Positions 14,065 through 28,439 of a DNA stretch of 64,000 nt are shown piece by piece; positions within the stretch are counted from its first letter, which is position 1; the number at the start of each line of letters is the position of its first letter. The stretch is from Octopus vulgaris (taxonomy: Eukaryota). The position numbers were made by a program, and so were the translations under genes. Location of the stretch: contig OX597831.1 in NCBI GenBank assembly GCA_951406725.2, forward strand, positions 13,206,001 through 13,270,000, given 5' to 3'. The notes under the pieces are model-generated. The model ran no database searches, was not told where the DNA came from, and saw nothing but the letters and a program-made list of their open reading frames with translations.

Positions 14065-14268
14065 GGTTCCAAATTTTGGCACAAGGACAGCAGTTTCGGT
14101 GACGGGTGTAAGTCGACTCCAGTACTCAACTGGTACTTATTCTATCGACTGCGAAAGGACGAAAAGCAAAGTCCAGCCCGGCGGTACTTGAACTCAGGAT
14201 GTGAAGCTGGAAGAAATGGTGCCAAGCATTTTTTCCGGTGTGGAAACGATTCTGCCAGCTCGCCGCCT
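14065..14268 (-). mobile_element. SINE family A copy (older type)
   Basis: Plus strand ends TCTGCCAGCTCGCCGCC; CAACTGGTACTTATT. Confidence 0.75.
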
Positions 14269-14714
14269 TAATTAGAAACGAATATTATAAAATCGATAGC
14301 ATGGCACAATCGACGGAATAATTATTTTGAGATATTTTGACGCTTCATTAGGTTCTGAGTTCAAATCTCACTGGGAACAATTTACGTGGTCGATAGAATA
14401 AGGTACCAACCATGTACTGGAGTTGATGTGATCAATTAAAACCCGCCCCGTCCCAAATTACTGTTGTATGGCCTGACTATTTTGAAATCAACGCAGCAAC
14501 TATTTCGGGGAGGGCCTAGAACATATCGACCCCCACCGATATTTTACTGGAATTACGTTTTACTGACGCTGGAAGAATTAAAGGAAAAAAAAACAAAACG
14601 GGTGTATTTTTCTTAATATATTGACTAGTCGCAGCAGTGGCTGCTGTATTTGCTAGAAAGTGCAGCCAAATATATCTCAAGTCACACCTTACCGCTTTAA
14701 AAAGGTGATCTAAA

Positions 14715-14860
14715 TTAAAACCTTTCGGTAAAATTTCAGGCTAATTTATGTTCCTAATACCAGTTTAATGAGGAAAAAGATATTTTATTAAATTTTTCAT
14801 CATTTTAAAAATCAATTGACAGAAAATTTTATTTCAACTAATATACGAAAAATGGGGTTA
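14715..14860. mobile_element. Possible piggyBac-type MITE end
   Basis: Ends GGG|TTAA; no partner end found. Confidence 0.3.
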
Positions 14861-15491
14861 AACAGAAACCATTATAATTATTAGTAGAAATATGGAAAGT
14901 TCAAATTCCGACAAATACCGGTGAAGTACGGTTTGCTTTCATCAGTTATACATCTTCCCAAGTAATTCCGCACATTTTTTTTACGATTCTTCCAGGTCGC
15001 TTTCTTATTTAGATCTTTTAAGATAATAACCAAAACTTAGTAACATTGTAAAATTCTGACAGTTTTAAACAAAAACTATCTTGCAACGTTGAGGAAAATC
15101 TCAGCGTTACAAAAAGAAAAATAATTATAAAACCAAGCTTTAGAAAACATTGTGACCCCAACTTCAAACTTTGCAAATTTTTGCCTTTTTGTTAATGTTT
15201 AGAGTTTCCTTGTTAATGTTTTTGTTTCTTAGACATCACAGCCTAACCGCAATTTTGTTTCTTATCAGAGATTAGAATTTCAACTTCACTATGAAGACAT
15301 AATCTGCAGCAGTCCTCTTGGGAATGAATGTCTTGATAACTTTGAATTTAACAAGTCGTTGTTTTCTAAGCAACTAAGCCCTTGTATGTTTTATCAAATC
15401 CTACATGCGACTTTACAACTATTCTGCTTTCTTATCAATGAATACTTACGTACGTGTATACATACATACGTACATATCTACATGCATACAA

Positions 15492-15550
<59 letters not shown>

Positions 15551-15950
15551 TACGTACATTTATCCATCAAACATTCCATCCATTCATACATACGTGCGTA
15601 AAGACACGTACACACAACAAACATGTCTGCACGTATAAAGATATCTACTTGCATATAAGTATATCTACACGGATATAGACACACGCGTACATGCAAACAC
15701 ATGTCTACATTTCTAAAGTCACCTTCACATATACACATACAAATATACACCAATACAAATACATACGTGCACATACATTTACACGCAGATACGGTGTCAC
15801 TGGCCCTGCTCTACCTCCTTTTATGTCTTTAGCTATGCATTTTTCCCCCAGCACAACAAAGTGTATCTTGCACAGAATCTTCTGGAATATTTCTTATCAC
15901 ATAAAACTAACCCATTGCAGGGTGACGCCGTATCATTTTAACACTGACAT

Positions 15951-16780
15951 CAGGCAGTGAGCTGGCAGACACGTTAGCACGCCGGGCGAAATGCTTAGTG
16001 GTACTTCGTTTGTCTTTACATTCTGAGTTAATATTCTGCCGACGTCGATTTTGCCTTTTATCTTTTCGGGGTTGATTAAATCAGTACCAGTTACGCACTG
16101 GGGGTGATGTAATCGACTCAATCTGTCCTTGCTTGTGCCCTCTATGTTTAGCCCACCCTCCCTTGAGGGCAATATCATTTTAACACTGGCATAAGGTGGC
16201 GAGCTGGCAGAAACGTCAGCACGCCGGGCGAAATGCTTAGCCGTATTTCGTCTGCCGTTATGTTCTGAGTTCAAATTCCGCCGAGGTCGACTTTGCCTTT
16301 TATCTTTTCGGGGTTGATTAAATACGTACCAGTTACGCACTGGGGTCGATATTATCGACTTAATCCGTTTGTCTGTCATTGTTTGTCCTCTCTGTGTTTA
16401 GCCCCTTGTGGGTCGTAAAGAAATAGGTATTTAGTCTGCCGCTGCGTTCTGAGTTCAAATTCCGCCAACATCGACTTTGCCTTTTATCTTTTCGGGGTCG
16501 ATTAAATAAGTACCAGTTACGCACTGAGGTCGATATAATCGACTTAATCCGTTTGTCTGTCCTTGTTTGTCCTCTCTGTGTTTAGCCCCTTGTAAGCAGT
16601 ATAGAAATAGGTATTTCGTCTGTTTTTACGTTTTGAGTTCAAATTCCACCGAGGTCGACTTTGCCTTTCATCCTTTCGGCGTCGATTAATCTAAGTACCA
16701 GTTAAATTACTGGGGTCGTTCTAATCGACTAGTCCCCTCTCCCAAAATGGTTGCCCTTGTGGCAAAATTTGAAATTATTA
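15951..16780 (+). mobile_element. Head-to-tail tetramer of SINE family A
   Basis: Four units starting at about 15951, 16194, 16426 and 16610. Confidence 0.9.
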
Positions 16781-17171
16781 TAACATTTACATGACCTACC
16801 AACTAGGGAGTCTCTGCGTCGAAGTTTGACCTACTAGAAAGAACAGCCAAACTTCTATCTGAATTCTCTGTCTTAAAAGAAAAAGAAAAAAGGAACTGAA
16901 AGCCACATTGGAGAAATGTAGTTGTTTTGTTAAACAAAAATCAGGCAGCTCAAAGCCAAAATATCGTTGATTATCGCAATTCTCAATTAATTCTCTGATC
17001 AAAGCAAATAAATGCATGAGTTAAAATGAGGAAGATTATCAGTGTTTTTAAGTGGAATGTTTGAAGAATTCTGTTATTTTTTACTTACTTGAGTCATTAA
17101 ACTGGGGCCATGCTGGCTATGCATCTGTTTTGCAAGATTCTTGTTGTGAAATCTTGTGTTGAAACAGATAC

Positions 17172-17377
17172 TGTTATATTTGGGGAAGGTCATTTTGCTA
17201 ATAAGTACACGCACTATTCACATTGATCTTCTCTTTAGCTTTAATATTATTATTAGTTTATTTGTCATATGAGATCTCTGTTTCAGCTTTAAGTTTATTA
17301 TTAGTTTATTTGTCAAAAGTGAAGATCGAATAAAGGATGCGTGTGTTTATTAGCAAAACAGTCGTCCCAAAATATAA
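17172..17377. repeat. Imperfect foldback at the end of a PLE-terminus-like repeat (family also at 44190-44370 and 53740-53860)
   Basis: TTTTGCTAATAAGTACACGCA..GATCTTC versus GAAGATC..TGCGTGTGTTTATTAGCAAAA. Confidence 0.55.
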
Positions 17378-18021
17378 TATGTTAAAAGACACTTACCCAG
17401 ACGGTTATATAGTGAGGTGTAATATAGAACCATATCGTTTCGTGACATCTAATAAACCCAAATCTACCACCCTAGCCTAAAATCAACACATAACGACCAT
17501 TTACTAGTTTCACATGCTATCACTTCCCAGTGATCTTTGTGACGTCACTGTAACCAGCTTCCGGTTGGTTACAGACAGAATGGCATAATGTTAGATATCA
17601 TCGCATCATCACTTCTATGACCAACTGGTGGTTTCCACATCTTACAAGCTTGGTAAGCTGTTCTATCACATTAAATGGAACTTTGATGGTGTAGTCCTGC
17701 GATATACGATCGAGAATTAATTAACTAAACAGACAATTCCATTAGTCACTCTGTAGAATTGAAATGTCTTTGTTCTGCATTGCACTTGCAAAACGAAAAC
17801 AGAACAATTCTATAATATGAGTCATAGAATTGTCTGAATTTACATAGAATTGCCATACTTGCTCATGTACATACATCCAAACATGCATATATACATACAG
17901 GCATAAACTCTCTCTCTCTCTCTCTCTATTTCAGACACCACCCCACACATATAACTATATTTATAGACATAATGATATATGGGTGGTTGTTTGTGTGTGA
18001 ATATATATATATATATATATA

Positions 18022-18228
18022 AAGTTAATCCAAACATGAAAACACAAAGAGAAAACAATAACGCTAGAACGAGGAGCAAGTATAGTGTTATTGGACGCTC
18101 GGGAAAGGAAAGAAAGAAGGAGGATTTAATGTTTCGAGCAGAGCTCTTCGTCAGAAACATAGGAAAAAGAAAGATCCAACGAAGGGAAAACGGAGAAAGA
18201 AAATCGCCAACGATGCACACGCGGTCAC
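18022..18228 (-). mobile_element. ~200-bp hammerhead-bearing element
   Basis: HHR at 18125-18157: ttt-CTGACGA-A-GAGC-tct-GCTC-GAAA-CA-TT^aaa; closely similar to 37129-37305. Confidence 0.75.
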
Positions 18229-18311
18229 ATATATATGTATGTGTGTGTACGAATGTATGGGTGAATGTATATACATATATATATGTATATGTTTATATAT
18301 ATATATATACG

Positions 18312-18351
<40 letters not shown>

Positions 18352-18418
18352 CTATGTATATGCTTATAGGTATATATATATGTATATGTTTATATATATA
18401 TATGTATGTATATGTATG

Positions 18419-18457
<39 letters not shown>

Positions 18458-18502
18458 CATAAAACATAACCTCCAAAACAACATGATGTTTATCATTAAT
18501 AG

Positions 18503-20220
18503 TCAGAGAAGAGCTGAAGTGTTCTCATTTGCAAAACAACACAAAGTTACTGGCTCTACTGTTGGCCCTCTGATTGATGAAAATGGTACTCTTCAAGACA
18601 ATGCCAAAACCATGGGAGTGATATTGCAGAAACAATACTGCCCTGTTTTCAGCAATCCTGATATGGCTGATCTGGGCTGTATCACTGATGTTACTCCCCA
18701 ATACACTTTATCGGACATAACCTTTGGCGCTCCTGATGTCTTAGCAGCAATAAAGGAAATGAAGCATAATTCAGCAGTAGGTCCCGATAGGTTCCCTGCT
18801 TGTGTCTTGAAGATGTGTCAACACCAACTTGCACCCCATCTAGCCAATCTGTGGCGGAACTCACTGGATGCTGGATATATACCAGAAAACCTTCTATCCC
18901 AGTCTGTTGTCCCAGTTTTCAAAAAAGGAAACAAATCCCTTGTCGTGAATTACCGTCCAATCTCACTCACCTCTCATATCATTAAGGTATTTGAGAGAGT
19001 GGTGAGATCGCGTATGACTCACTTCCTTGAGAGTCATAATATGCTGAACTCCAACCAGCATGGATTCCGTAATGGAAGGGATTGCCTGACACAGCTACTA
19101 CATCACTTCGATGACATTTTGAGAGCCTTGGGAGAGGGTTCCAACACTGATGTTATCTACCTTGATTTCAGCAAGGCCTTTGACAGGGTTGATCATAAGA
19201 TCGTTTTGAGAAAGCTGTCCAATATTGGTGTCACTGGAAAGCTACTGCAGTGGATCAAGTGCTTCCTGTCTAACAGAACCCAACATGTTGTCGTCGAAAG
19301 AGTCAAATCCAGCCCAGCCAAAGTCAGTAGTGGTGTCCCACAAGGCACTGTGTTGGGCCCACTTCTCTTCATCATCTACATTAATGACATCACTGACATC
19401 ATCAAACACAGTAACATCAGAATCTTCGCTGATGCTTCCAAGCTCCAGAAGGTCATCAATGGCGTGGATGACCGAATAAGCCTTCAGTCAGACCTACTGG
19501 CTGTTGTCCAATGGGCGGAAAAGAACAACATGTTGCTAAACGAAGACAAATTCGAATTGATCCACTTTGGAAGGGAGGACGCTCTGAAACTCCCATACTC
19601 CCTTCCTTCTAGTGAAACTCTCATGGCGTCTAACAACATCAGAGACTTGGGAGTATCTGTGGACAACAACATAAGCTGGGCTACACATATAAGCAGCAAA
19701 GTTGACATGGCCCGCAGAATGTGTTCCTGGATTCTCAGAACCTTCCAGTCGAGAGATTCCCACACCATTATCCTTCTCTTCTCCACTTTTGCCCGAACTC
19801 ACCTGGTTGATGTGGAAAATATTCCATCAGCACTGTCCAAATGATGTTGGTATCACCTTCAAAATACATCCAAGACTTGGACCCCGTGCCATCCGTCCAC
19901 AACAAAAATCTAAATCGCATCTCATAACAACATTGCGGCACAATTATTTCACCTCATTAGACCCGCCCTCTTCAACATTACACCAAGACACGTCAAAACA
20001 GAAACTGACCACACAAAATTTCAAGAAGATTTTGGACAAATTCCTTCAAACAGTCCCGGACAAACCACCCACACCCGGATATGTCTCCGCAAACAATAAT
20101 TCTCTGCTCGAATGGGTCTTGGTGCCCAAATCCTGAATTGAAAGACTTCACCAGGTGGTGCTATTAAGTTAGACATGGCCTGGGCCAATACTGGCCAAAA
20201 CCTTTCTAAGTTATTCTAAG

Positions 20221-20222
<2 letters not shown>
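18503..20222 (+). mobile_element. 5'-truncated CR1-like non-LTR retrotransposon (RT domain plus 3' end), non-functional
   Basis: [46 protein letters not shown] (for FADD); frame break near 19805; C-terminus stops at 20136; TTCTAAGTTA repeat tail. Confidence 0.93.
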
Positions 20223-20302
<80 letters not shown>

Positions 20303-20608
20303 GTATACGTATGTGTGTACGTCTGTCACGAAAGTCGCTTGCATCTTGAAACGTAAATCTGAGTTCCACGGATCCGTATTCTCTCGTTCTCTGTTCAAAT
20401 GCCACTAATCCCAGCTTTCATACCTGCACGGCGCATACAGCGACGTACGAGAGAGTCACTGGCATTCACGGAATCGACTACAAATTCTTCACAAAATTGC
20501 TGGCCTCGACGAGGTCGATTTTACCTTTCATACTTTCGGGGTCGATAAATTATGTACCAGTCGAATGTCATCGACTAGTCCCTCCACTAAATTGGTAGAA
20601 AAGTTGAG

Positions 20609-20681
20609 TCTTCTTCTTCTTCTTCTTCTTCTTCTTCTTCTTCTTCTTCTTCTTCTTCTTCTTCTTCTTCTTCTTCTTCTT

Positions 20682-20712
<31 letters not shown>

Positions 20713-20795
20713 TTATTATTATTATTATTATTATTATCATCATCATCATCATCATCATCATCCTCATCATCATCATCATCATCATCATTATTATT
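20609..20795. repeat. Compound (CTT)n-(ATT)n-(CAT)n microsatellite
   Basis: Direct reading of the sequence. Confidence 0.95.
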
Positions 20796-20796
20796 A

Positions 20797-21200
20797 AGGC
20801 GGTGAGCTGGCAGAAACGTTAGCACGCCGGGCGAAATGCTCAGCGGTATTTCGTCTGCCGTTACATTCTGAGTTCAAATTCCGCCGAGGTCGACTTTGCC
20901 TTTCATCCTTTCGGGGTCGATTAAATAAGTACCAGCTACGCACTAGGGTCGATGTAATCGACTTAATCCGTTTGTCTGTCCTTGTTTGTCCACTCAATGT
21001 TTAGCCCCTTTTGGGTAGTATAGAAATAGGTATTCCATGTATCTTTACGTTCCGAGTTCAAATTCCGCCAAGGTCAGCTTTGCCTTTCATACTTTTGGCG
21101 TCAATAAATTAAGAACCAGTTACATACTGAGATCGATCTAATCGACTGGTCCCCTCCCACCAAATTTCAGTCCCTGTGCCTATTGTAGAAAGGATCATCA

Positions 21201-21261
<61 letters not shown>

Positions 21262-21440
21262 CAAGGCGGCGAGCTGGCAGAACGTTTAGCGCGCTGGACG
21301 AAATGCTTATCATTATCTCGCCCGTCGCTACGTTCTGAGTCGGGGTCGATGAAATAAGTACCAGATGTACACTGGGGTCGATGTAATCACCTCAAAACCC
21401 TTCCCCAAAATTGCTGCCGTTGTGGCAGAATTTCAAACCA
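20797..21440 (+). mobile_element. SINE family A dimer (20797-21192) plus a deleted copy (21263-21440)
   Basis: GGCGGTGAGCTGGCAGAAACGTTAGC-type heads and the shared central domain. Confidence 0.88.
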
Positions 21441-21995
21441 TTATTTATGTTTTTGTTGTTGTTGTTGGTGGTGGTAGTGGTGGTGGTGATGGTATTGCTG
21501 TCATCATCTTCGTTGTTGTTGCTTTTGTTGTTGCTGTTCTTGCGGTTGTTGTTATCTAGCAATGTATGACGGCTAATGAATTCAAACATCAATCGAAGCA
21601 TTGACATAACGCATATTGTCCATCAATACACGCACATCGCATGCGGAATGATCAGATCAATAACTACAACTCTGCCTGTATTTATTTATTTGTTTATTTA
21701 ATGAGCTATTCATTCTTTCATGATGGCAAGTCTTTTATCGCTGCAACAATGCATTGTGGTTAAGCCGCAGGGCTTCTTCACATCAATATACACAATCTGA
21801 TGTATAAAAAGAACGTTTGCAATTGACCCTCAGCAAAGTAATTACAAATATGTACAGAAGTTCTTGTTGTTTTCGTTGCTGTTACTGCGTAGGTACAGAT
21901 CAGCCTTGACCGAACAGAAATATATTGTTTGAACATATTTCAAAGACACCCCATCCGTGACCATCGCATATTTTTGTTATTTATGCGTAGAGTAA

Positions 21996-22183
21996 TTGAT
22001 TTTGGGAGAAAGCTAGCAGTTTCGGGAGACGAGATAAGTCAATTTCATCGACCCCAGTGTGCAGCTGGTACTTATATTATCGATTCTGAAAGGAGGAAAA
22101 GAAAAGCCGATCGTGGCAGTTTTCGAAGTCAGAACGTGAAGACGGACGAAATGCCGCTAAGCATTTTGTCCGGCGCGCTAACG
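21996..22183 (-). mobile_element. SINE family A copy, diverged
   Basis: CATCGACCCCAGT..CTGGTACTTA..GACGAAATGCCGCTAAGCATTT. Confidence 0.7.
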
Positions 22184-22256
22184 GTATACCTAGAGAAATT
22201 AAAATGTATACCTAGAGAAATTGAAATGATTTGAAGATGCATGGCCTGGTAGTTAG

Positions 22257-22354
22257 GTCATGGGCTAGATGCGGCCCGCTGGATTCTCTGAATGGCACAA
22301 TTATCGAAAAATTGTCCGTTGCGGCCCGATTCTTGAAAAAGATTGCATATGCCT
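22257..22354. mobile_element. Small hAT-like MITE fragment inside a family C SINE head
   Basis: Two TGCGGCCCG motifs and AAAAAGATTGCATATGCCT end. Confidence 0.45.
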
Positions 22355-23147
22355 AACGCCGTTAGCATATTCCAGTGACAATCACAAGACTAGTTTCGAT
22401 TTCCAGACCTGACCGTACATAGTACTCTTGAGCAAGAAGCTTCACTTCACATTGCTCCATTATACTCAGCGGTGCATAAACTCCAGCAGTAGCTCAGAAG
22501 TTAAACCTACAACTGATTAATGCCCCGTTCAGGCGGCACTGCTTTCATCTCAACCACTTTTCACCGGATTCATGAGAAACTTATACATAAATCTACTTAG
22601 AACAACATCTTACAATATGGCCGTCCACATTTAACACTGTAGACTAGGATTTTAGGAAAACGTGGTTGCTATCTCTACGACAGCTACGAGATTCCATGCT
22701 AATCTTTATATCCAGTATTTTTTCAATTAATATTTGTTATTTTAATAACTTCTGACCTTAGACTGCATTTGTGCTACAGCCTCCCCTTCAGGAAGCTTTT
22801 AGCCGATGTCATAAAACGCTGGTCCTTCTTTTAGGAAGCCATATTGTATCGATTGACTGAGTTAATATTTTGACACTGCACCAATTGTATAAATATAATC
22901 ATGAACAATCACAAACACAATCACATACACATACATTATGTATATACACACACACACAAATATGTATGTATATGTTTATATCTGTATATCATTGGTTTTC
23001 CGTTGGTGACGAAATGATGGATATGTATTATATAAACATTAGAATAGATCAATTATGGAAACAGTTATTTGAATAAATCATTTTTAAATATTACATAAAT
23101 ATAAATATATGCATGTGCGTGCGTGTATGTATTCATTTATGTTTGCT

Positions 23148-23197
<50 letters not shown>

Positions 23198-23298
23198 TAC
23201 ATAGATTTATTTAATATCATCTGGGTAATGACCTCATAACGTGTTTCAAAGTTCCTAGGCAGTTGTCGGCTATTCATTTGCTCATTCCATATTCTTTT

Positions 23299-23398
<100 letters not shown>

Positions 23399-23483
23399 CA
23401 TAAATACAAAAATATACACATATATAACTACACATACACTTATACGTAATTATATAGTTATGTGATATATATGTGTATATATA

Positions 23484-23523
<40 letters not shown>

Positions 23524-24081
23524 TAAATGCACATAAATACTTATTTATCCGTGCGTGTGTGTGCGCATGATATATAAATATAATTACATTGGTAAGCTAA
23601 ATATATATTCATTTTGTCTTGCTCTCCAAGTCAACAGCCTACACGAAACATATGACTGTTTGTGTAGAACACTACTGATTAAGATCTCGGCTAGTATCCC
23701 ATCACTGTCAAGCTCCTCTAACCTGTTTTCTATTTCGGTATTTCATATATAGAAACGCAGAAATGCGATAATCAGTGGCAGTTCTTTAGTTCATTTTCAA
23801 ATTACTTCAAACGTCTTTGATGCGTAGATTAAATACCGTATTAATTTTCACAGCGAAGATAAGCGCTGCGTTTATTAAACATAAAGCATGAATATTTATT
23901 TACAGCTTAACTGCAGAGACACCATTACATCATTTCAGCTTGTTGATACGCATCAATAAACAATGCATTCATTCGTAAATACTCGAGTGTAGAGACTCTA
24001 TCGCATGTATAATATAGCTAAACGCAAAGTGTTTTGTTAAGCATGTTTGCATTTCACTTATAATGTAAACCAATGCGGATT

Positions 24082-24127
<46 letters not shown>

Positions 24128-24159
24128 TGCATACATACATGCATACACACATACATATC

Positions 24160-24190
<31 letters not shown>

Positions 24191-24398
24191 ATGTGCGAAT
24201 GTTTAATAACAGTTCAATGTTACAAATGTTTCAGTATCATGGTACTTTATTCATAATTGGGGCATTATATACATACCTACACACACACGCACGAGTGCGC
24301 ACGCGCACCTTATTGTGTCTGGGAAGAGTCCTTCTATTTTCATGCGTTATTAATTAACACACCGGTTCGATTTCTACTCATTTACTTATTTAGTTTTT

Positions 24399-24436
24399 GT
24401 AAAATTTTCTTTGCTTCTTGCAACTTCTTCAGTAGG
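24399..24436 (-). ncRNA. Degenerate hammerhead motif, same family as the 44325 palindrome
   Basis: ccta-CTGAAGA-A-GTTGC-aagaa-GCAAA-GAAA-ATT-T. Confidence 0.45.
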
Positions 24437-24810
24437 CTCCGCAGACCATTAAATATGCTTCAATATTCGAATCAACATAAAAGTCTTGCAAATCAAATGC
24501 AAAAGCGATATATATATATATGTAATTTATATACACACACAGTTATAGACACCCTCCCCACACACATGTATGTATACATTTGGGCAATAAACCACCTCAA
24601 GACTCAATAGAAACATTCACACACGCACACACGAACATACACTATGTGGGTGATATTTTAAGCGAACTGTTGCAATCGTATCTGATTCTTCAAGTCCTTC
24701 AAAGCTGTGTATGTACATATGTTTATTAGATTATTCACATTTATAACATAATTTGTGTCCGAATTTTGAATAAAGAAAACAAGAGATAAGATGTTGTATT
24801 TAATTGAAAG

Positions 24811-25816
24811 TTAATCATCGATGCATTTTCCCTGATTATCTATGACTTACTTCCATCTATTTACAAGCTTTTTAGTCCCATCAATGTAAACCTCTTTTGG
24901 CTTCAAAGCGAAGAACTCTGAAATGTCAGTTTCGACCTCCTCCTGGCTTGCGAAAGTTATCTCCCCCAAATGATTCTGTAAACTACGAAACAAATGCTAG
25001 TCTAAAGGAGCAAGGTCGGGCGAATAAGGCGAATGAGAAATTTTTTCCCAACCAAGCTCTTCGATCTTCTGTGATGTGATTTTGTAGTGTGGGGTCGCGC
25101 ATTGTCCTGATGAAACATCACTCCTTTTCGATTCACTAAAGCGGTTTTTTTCCTTCAAAGCTTGCTTCAAACGCTCTAATTGTTGACAGTAGACTTGAGC
25201 ATTGATTGTTGCATTAGGTGGTAACAATTCAAAGTGAATTACTCCTTTGCAATCCCACCAGATAGAGTAGAAACTTTTTCCCATGAAGTTCCCTTCTCAG
25301 TTGTGGTTGAGCATTTTCCCTTTTACCAAGCCACTGTTTACGACGTTTAACATTTCGATAGAAAATCCATTTTTCGTCACCAGTCACAAGTCTATCCAAA
25401 AATGGTGAAATGAGTTCGTGAGAATGGCGAGAAGAGCAGATGTCAACACGGGATTTGAGGTTGCTTTCGGACAATTCATGAGGCACCCATTTTCCAAGTT
25501 ATTGAAGCTGACGATGAACAGTTGTATCGTTTGAACTAAGCTTTATTGCCAATTCGTCAACTGATAATGCAGGATTTTCTTCAAGTAATGCCTCAAGGAG
25601 CTTATCATCAAACTTAACTGGACGTCCTGTTCGAACTTCATCTTCAAGGCTGAAATCTCCACTTCTGAATTTCGCAAAACATCTTCTGCAGGTTCTTTTA
25701 TTCAAGCATTCTTTCCCATAAACTGAGTGTATGTTTCGAGTCGCTTCGGCTGCAGAGTTTCCTGTTTTGTACTCATAAAGTATTATGTGCCTCTAATGCT
25801 CTTTGGATACTTCCAT
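24811..25816 (-). pseudogene. Mariner-type (Tc1/mariner) transposase pseudogene; element spans about 24740-26005
   Basis: ATG at 25816; GDFSLEDEVRTGRP, KWVPHEL, VTGDEKW, IWWDCKGVIHFELL and PYSPDLAP motifs across several frames with stops. Confidence 0.93.
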
Positions 25817-26103
25817 GTTAGAAAGAGTTTTCATCAAAGAAATTTGAATTCTATTATTCTGTAAAATAATATTTAATTAGTTTAAATGTACACAAATGCC
25901 TAAAAGTAATTTTTAATTCCATTAGATATTCTAAAATACTATTAAATTTCATTCAAAATTTTAAAAAAGGGTAAAATCGGAGAGAACGTGTAGGATGACC
26001 TGATATTAAATTTTCCCCATTGTGTTGATGTACTATAGTCTACCATTATTAAAACTGGCGGCATTGTTTCCGACACGGGTATGCTGGTATATACATACAT
26101 AAT

Positions 26104-26170
<67 letters not shown>

Positions 26171-26210
26171 TAGATAGATATTTATATATATGCATACATA
26201 CATATACATT

Positions 26211-26318
<108 letters not shown>

Positions 26319-26972
26319 TACACATAGATAGCCAGATACATAGATAGATAGATAGTGTGATGCATAGATAGACGTAGATAGGGAAGTGTACATACTTAGC
26401 TAGATAAATGAAAATGGAGATTGGTAAATAGATATGTTTGGGAAGAGTGTAAGAGTCAGGTCCGATTAAACAATCTAACCAAAACTAGAATACATTATAA
26501 AATTCAGATCTATATCACTAATGGTCGATGCATTAATTTACTTTGGCGCATTCAAATATGTCAGTTAATTAAACAGCATGCTATATCAAAACATAAATTT
26601 TTCATAATTTAGTGAAGAATCTAACAATGTTAAATGATATCTCTTCGACATTTCGAAATTAAAAAGTTTTATTGACTATATATGCATAACTATATCTAGA
26701 TATATACATACAAACATGTGTATATATGACTGTACTGTCTGTATGTATACATACCTCTATACTTATATATGTGCAAAGATATGATTATGTGCATATATAT
26801 GTATATACTGGAAACACACGCATATATATATATATATATATATAAGTTATGTTTCTGCATGTGGATGTACGCATGTGTGTAAATACATACACACATTCCA
26901 ACACACCCACCCACACACTTACAGACGCACACACACACGCATTTATATGTATATACATGTATGTATATTTAT

Positions 26973-27013
<41 letters not shown>

Positions 27014-27179
27014 GTACACACAATATTTACATATAGATGTAAATACTTATTTTCATATCCATATGTATCTATGATTATACATCTATACATGCTTATCAGT
27101 ATAAATGTACATATACATATGTACACACAAACACACACTCACACACACACACATACACACACACACACATGCATAAATT

Positions 27180-27213
<34 letters not shown>

Positions 27214-28439
27214 GAAAAGAAAATTGATTCTTCGAAATTTTCTTCTGATTTCCATATAACTCTTCAGACGTCAAGATTATTGTCTTCAAATGATATCTTG
27301 ATAGTTTTAATGGCTTTTCAAACCATTCATCTGATGATAATCATTGAACTAAATACCTGATTTAATAGCTGAAAGTTTCCAGGAAATCAACTCTATCATA
27401 AAGTTGTTGTTGTTATTGTTGTTGGTGTTGTTGTAATTTAGCCCCAAGTGAATAACGATCGACCTGGCAATTACCAAGTGAATTCTACCCAACTCTATCT
27501 CAGCTTTATTAACGCAAAGTGTATCTTGAATGTTGTTATCGACTTGATAATATCCTAGTTGTTCTTTTGTATAATATCATGATAGACGTGGTATTATCAG
27601 TAACAGTCCAGTCGTGACCATTCCATCCAATATTCTTTTGTATACAGTGTATCTAACACTACATTAAATAACACGTGTCTATAGTTTTCCATGATCAAGT
27701 AGCACTATGATCAATGACATCTTCTCATCGTTTACAACTACATACATGCACACATACATACATACATACATACATACATACATACATACATACATACATA
27801 CATGCATACATACATGCATACATACATACATATACATACATGTATACATATATACATATATACATGTATAAATACAAGCGTACATTCGTACGTTGGTACA
27901 TACATACATACATGCATACATACATAGATGCATACAGGCATGCACGTGCGGATACATGCATGCATACCTACTTACATGCGGACATACATAAATATACAGT
28001 TGGCCGAAACTTCGATGTCACTGTTAGAATGTCAACACCTTTATATAGTGTGATACACAATGTGTTAATATGTGTAACTGTCCAACCTTTTTTGTTTTCT
28101 GATGTCTTGAATGTATACTCTGTAGCTGTATAATATCCTAGGAAGCGAACTCAGTGTTTTCCTGTCGAACGAATTGCCGTGTAATTGTTTACCCAAAACA
28201 ACGTTATGCTTTCGCCGTCATTCGAAATGGTTTGCCGGTACCTACACTATAACAAGAGTACTAACAAGGCACATCCTTGGTTACTCACTCCCTATTCTTT
28301 CACGTTATATATATTTTTAAAATTTTCAATTCATGAATTTGTAATTGAATGAGTTAAGTATAGAAAAAAATTGTAGATTACAGGGAAGTTTTACAATATA
28401 TTAATAAAATGAATTTTATTAGTTAAAACTCTCCTGTAA

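Noticed and set aside
15951-16780. CRISPR-like or satellite array
   Set aside because: Units are ~185-240-bp SINE copies without unique spacers, in a eukaryotic context
17979-18502. N-terminal ~175 aa of the 621-aa ORF as part of a real protein
   Set aside because: Read-through across an antisense HHR element and (TA)n; LINE homology starts only near 18510
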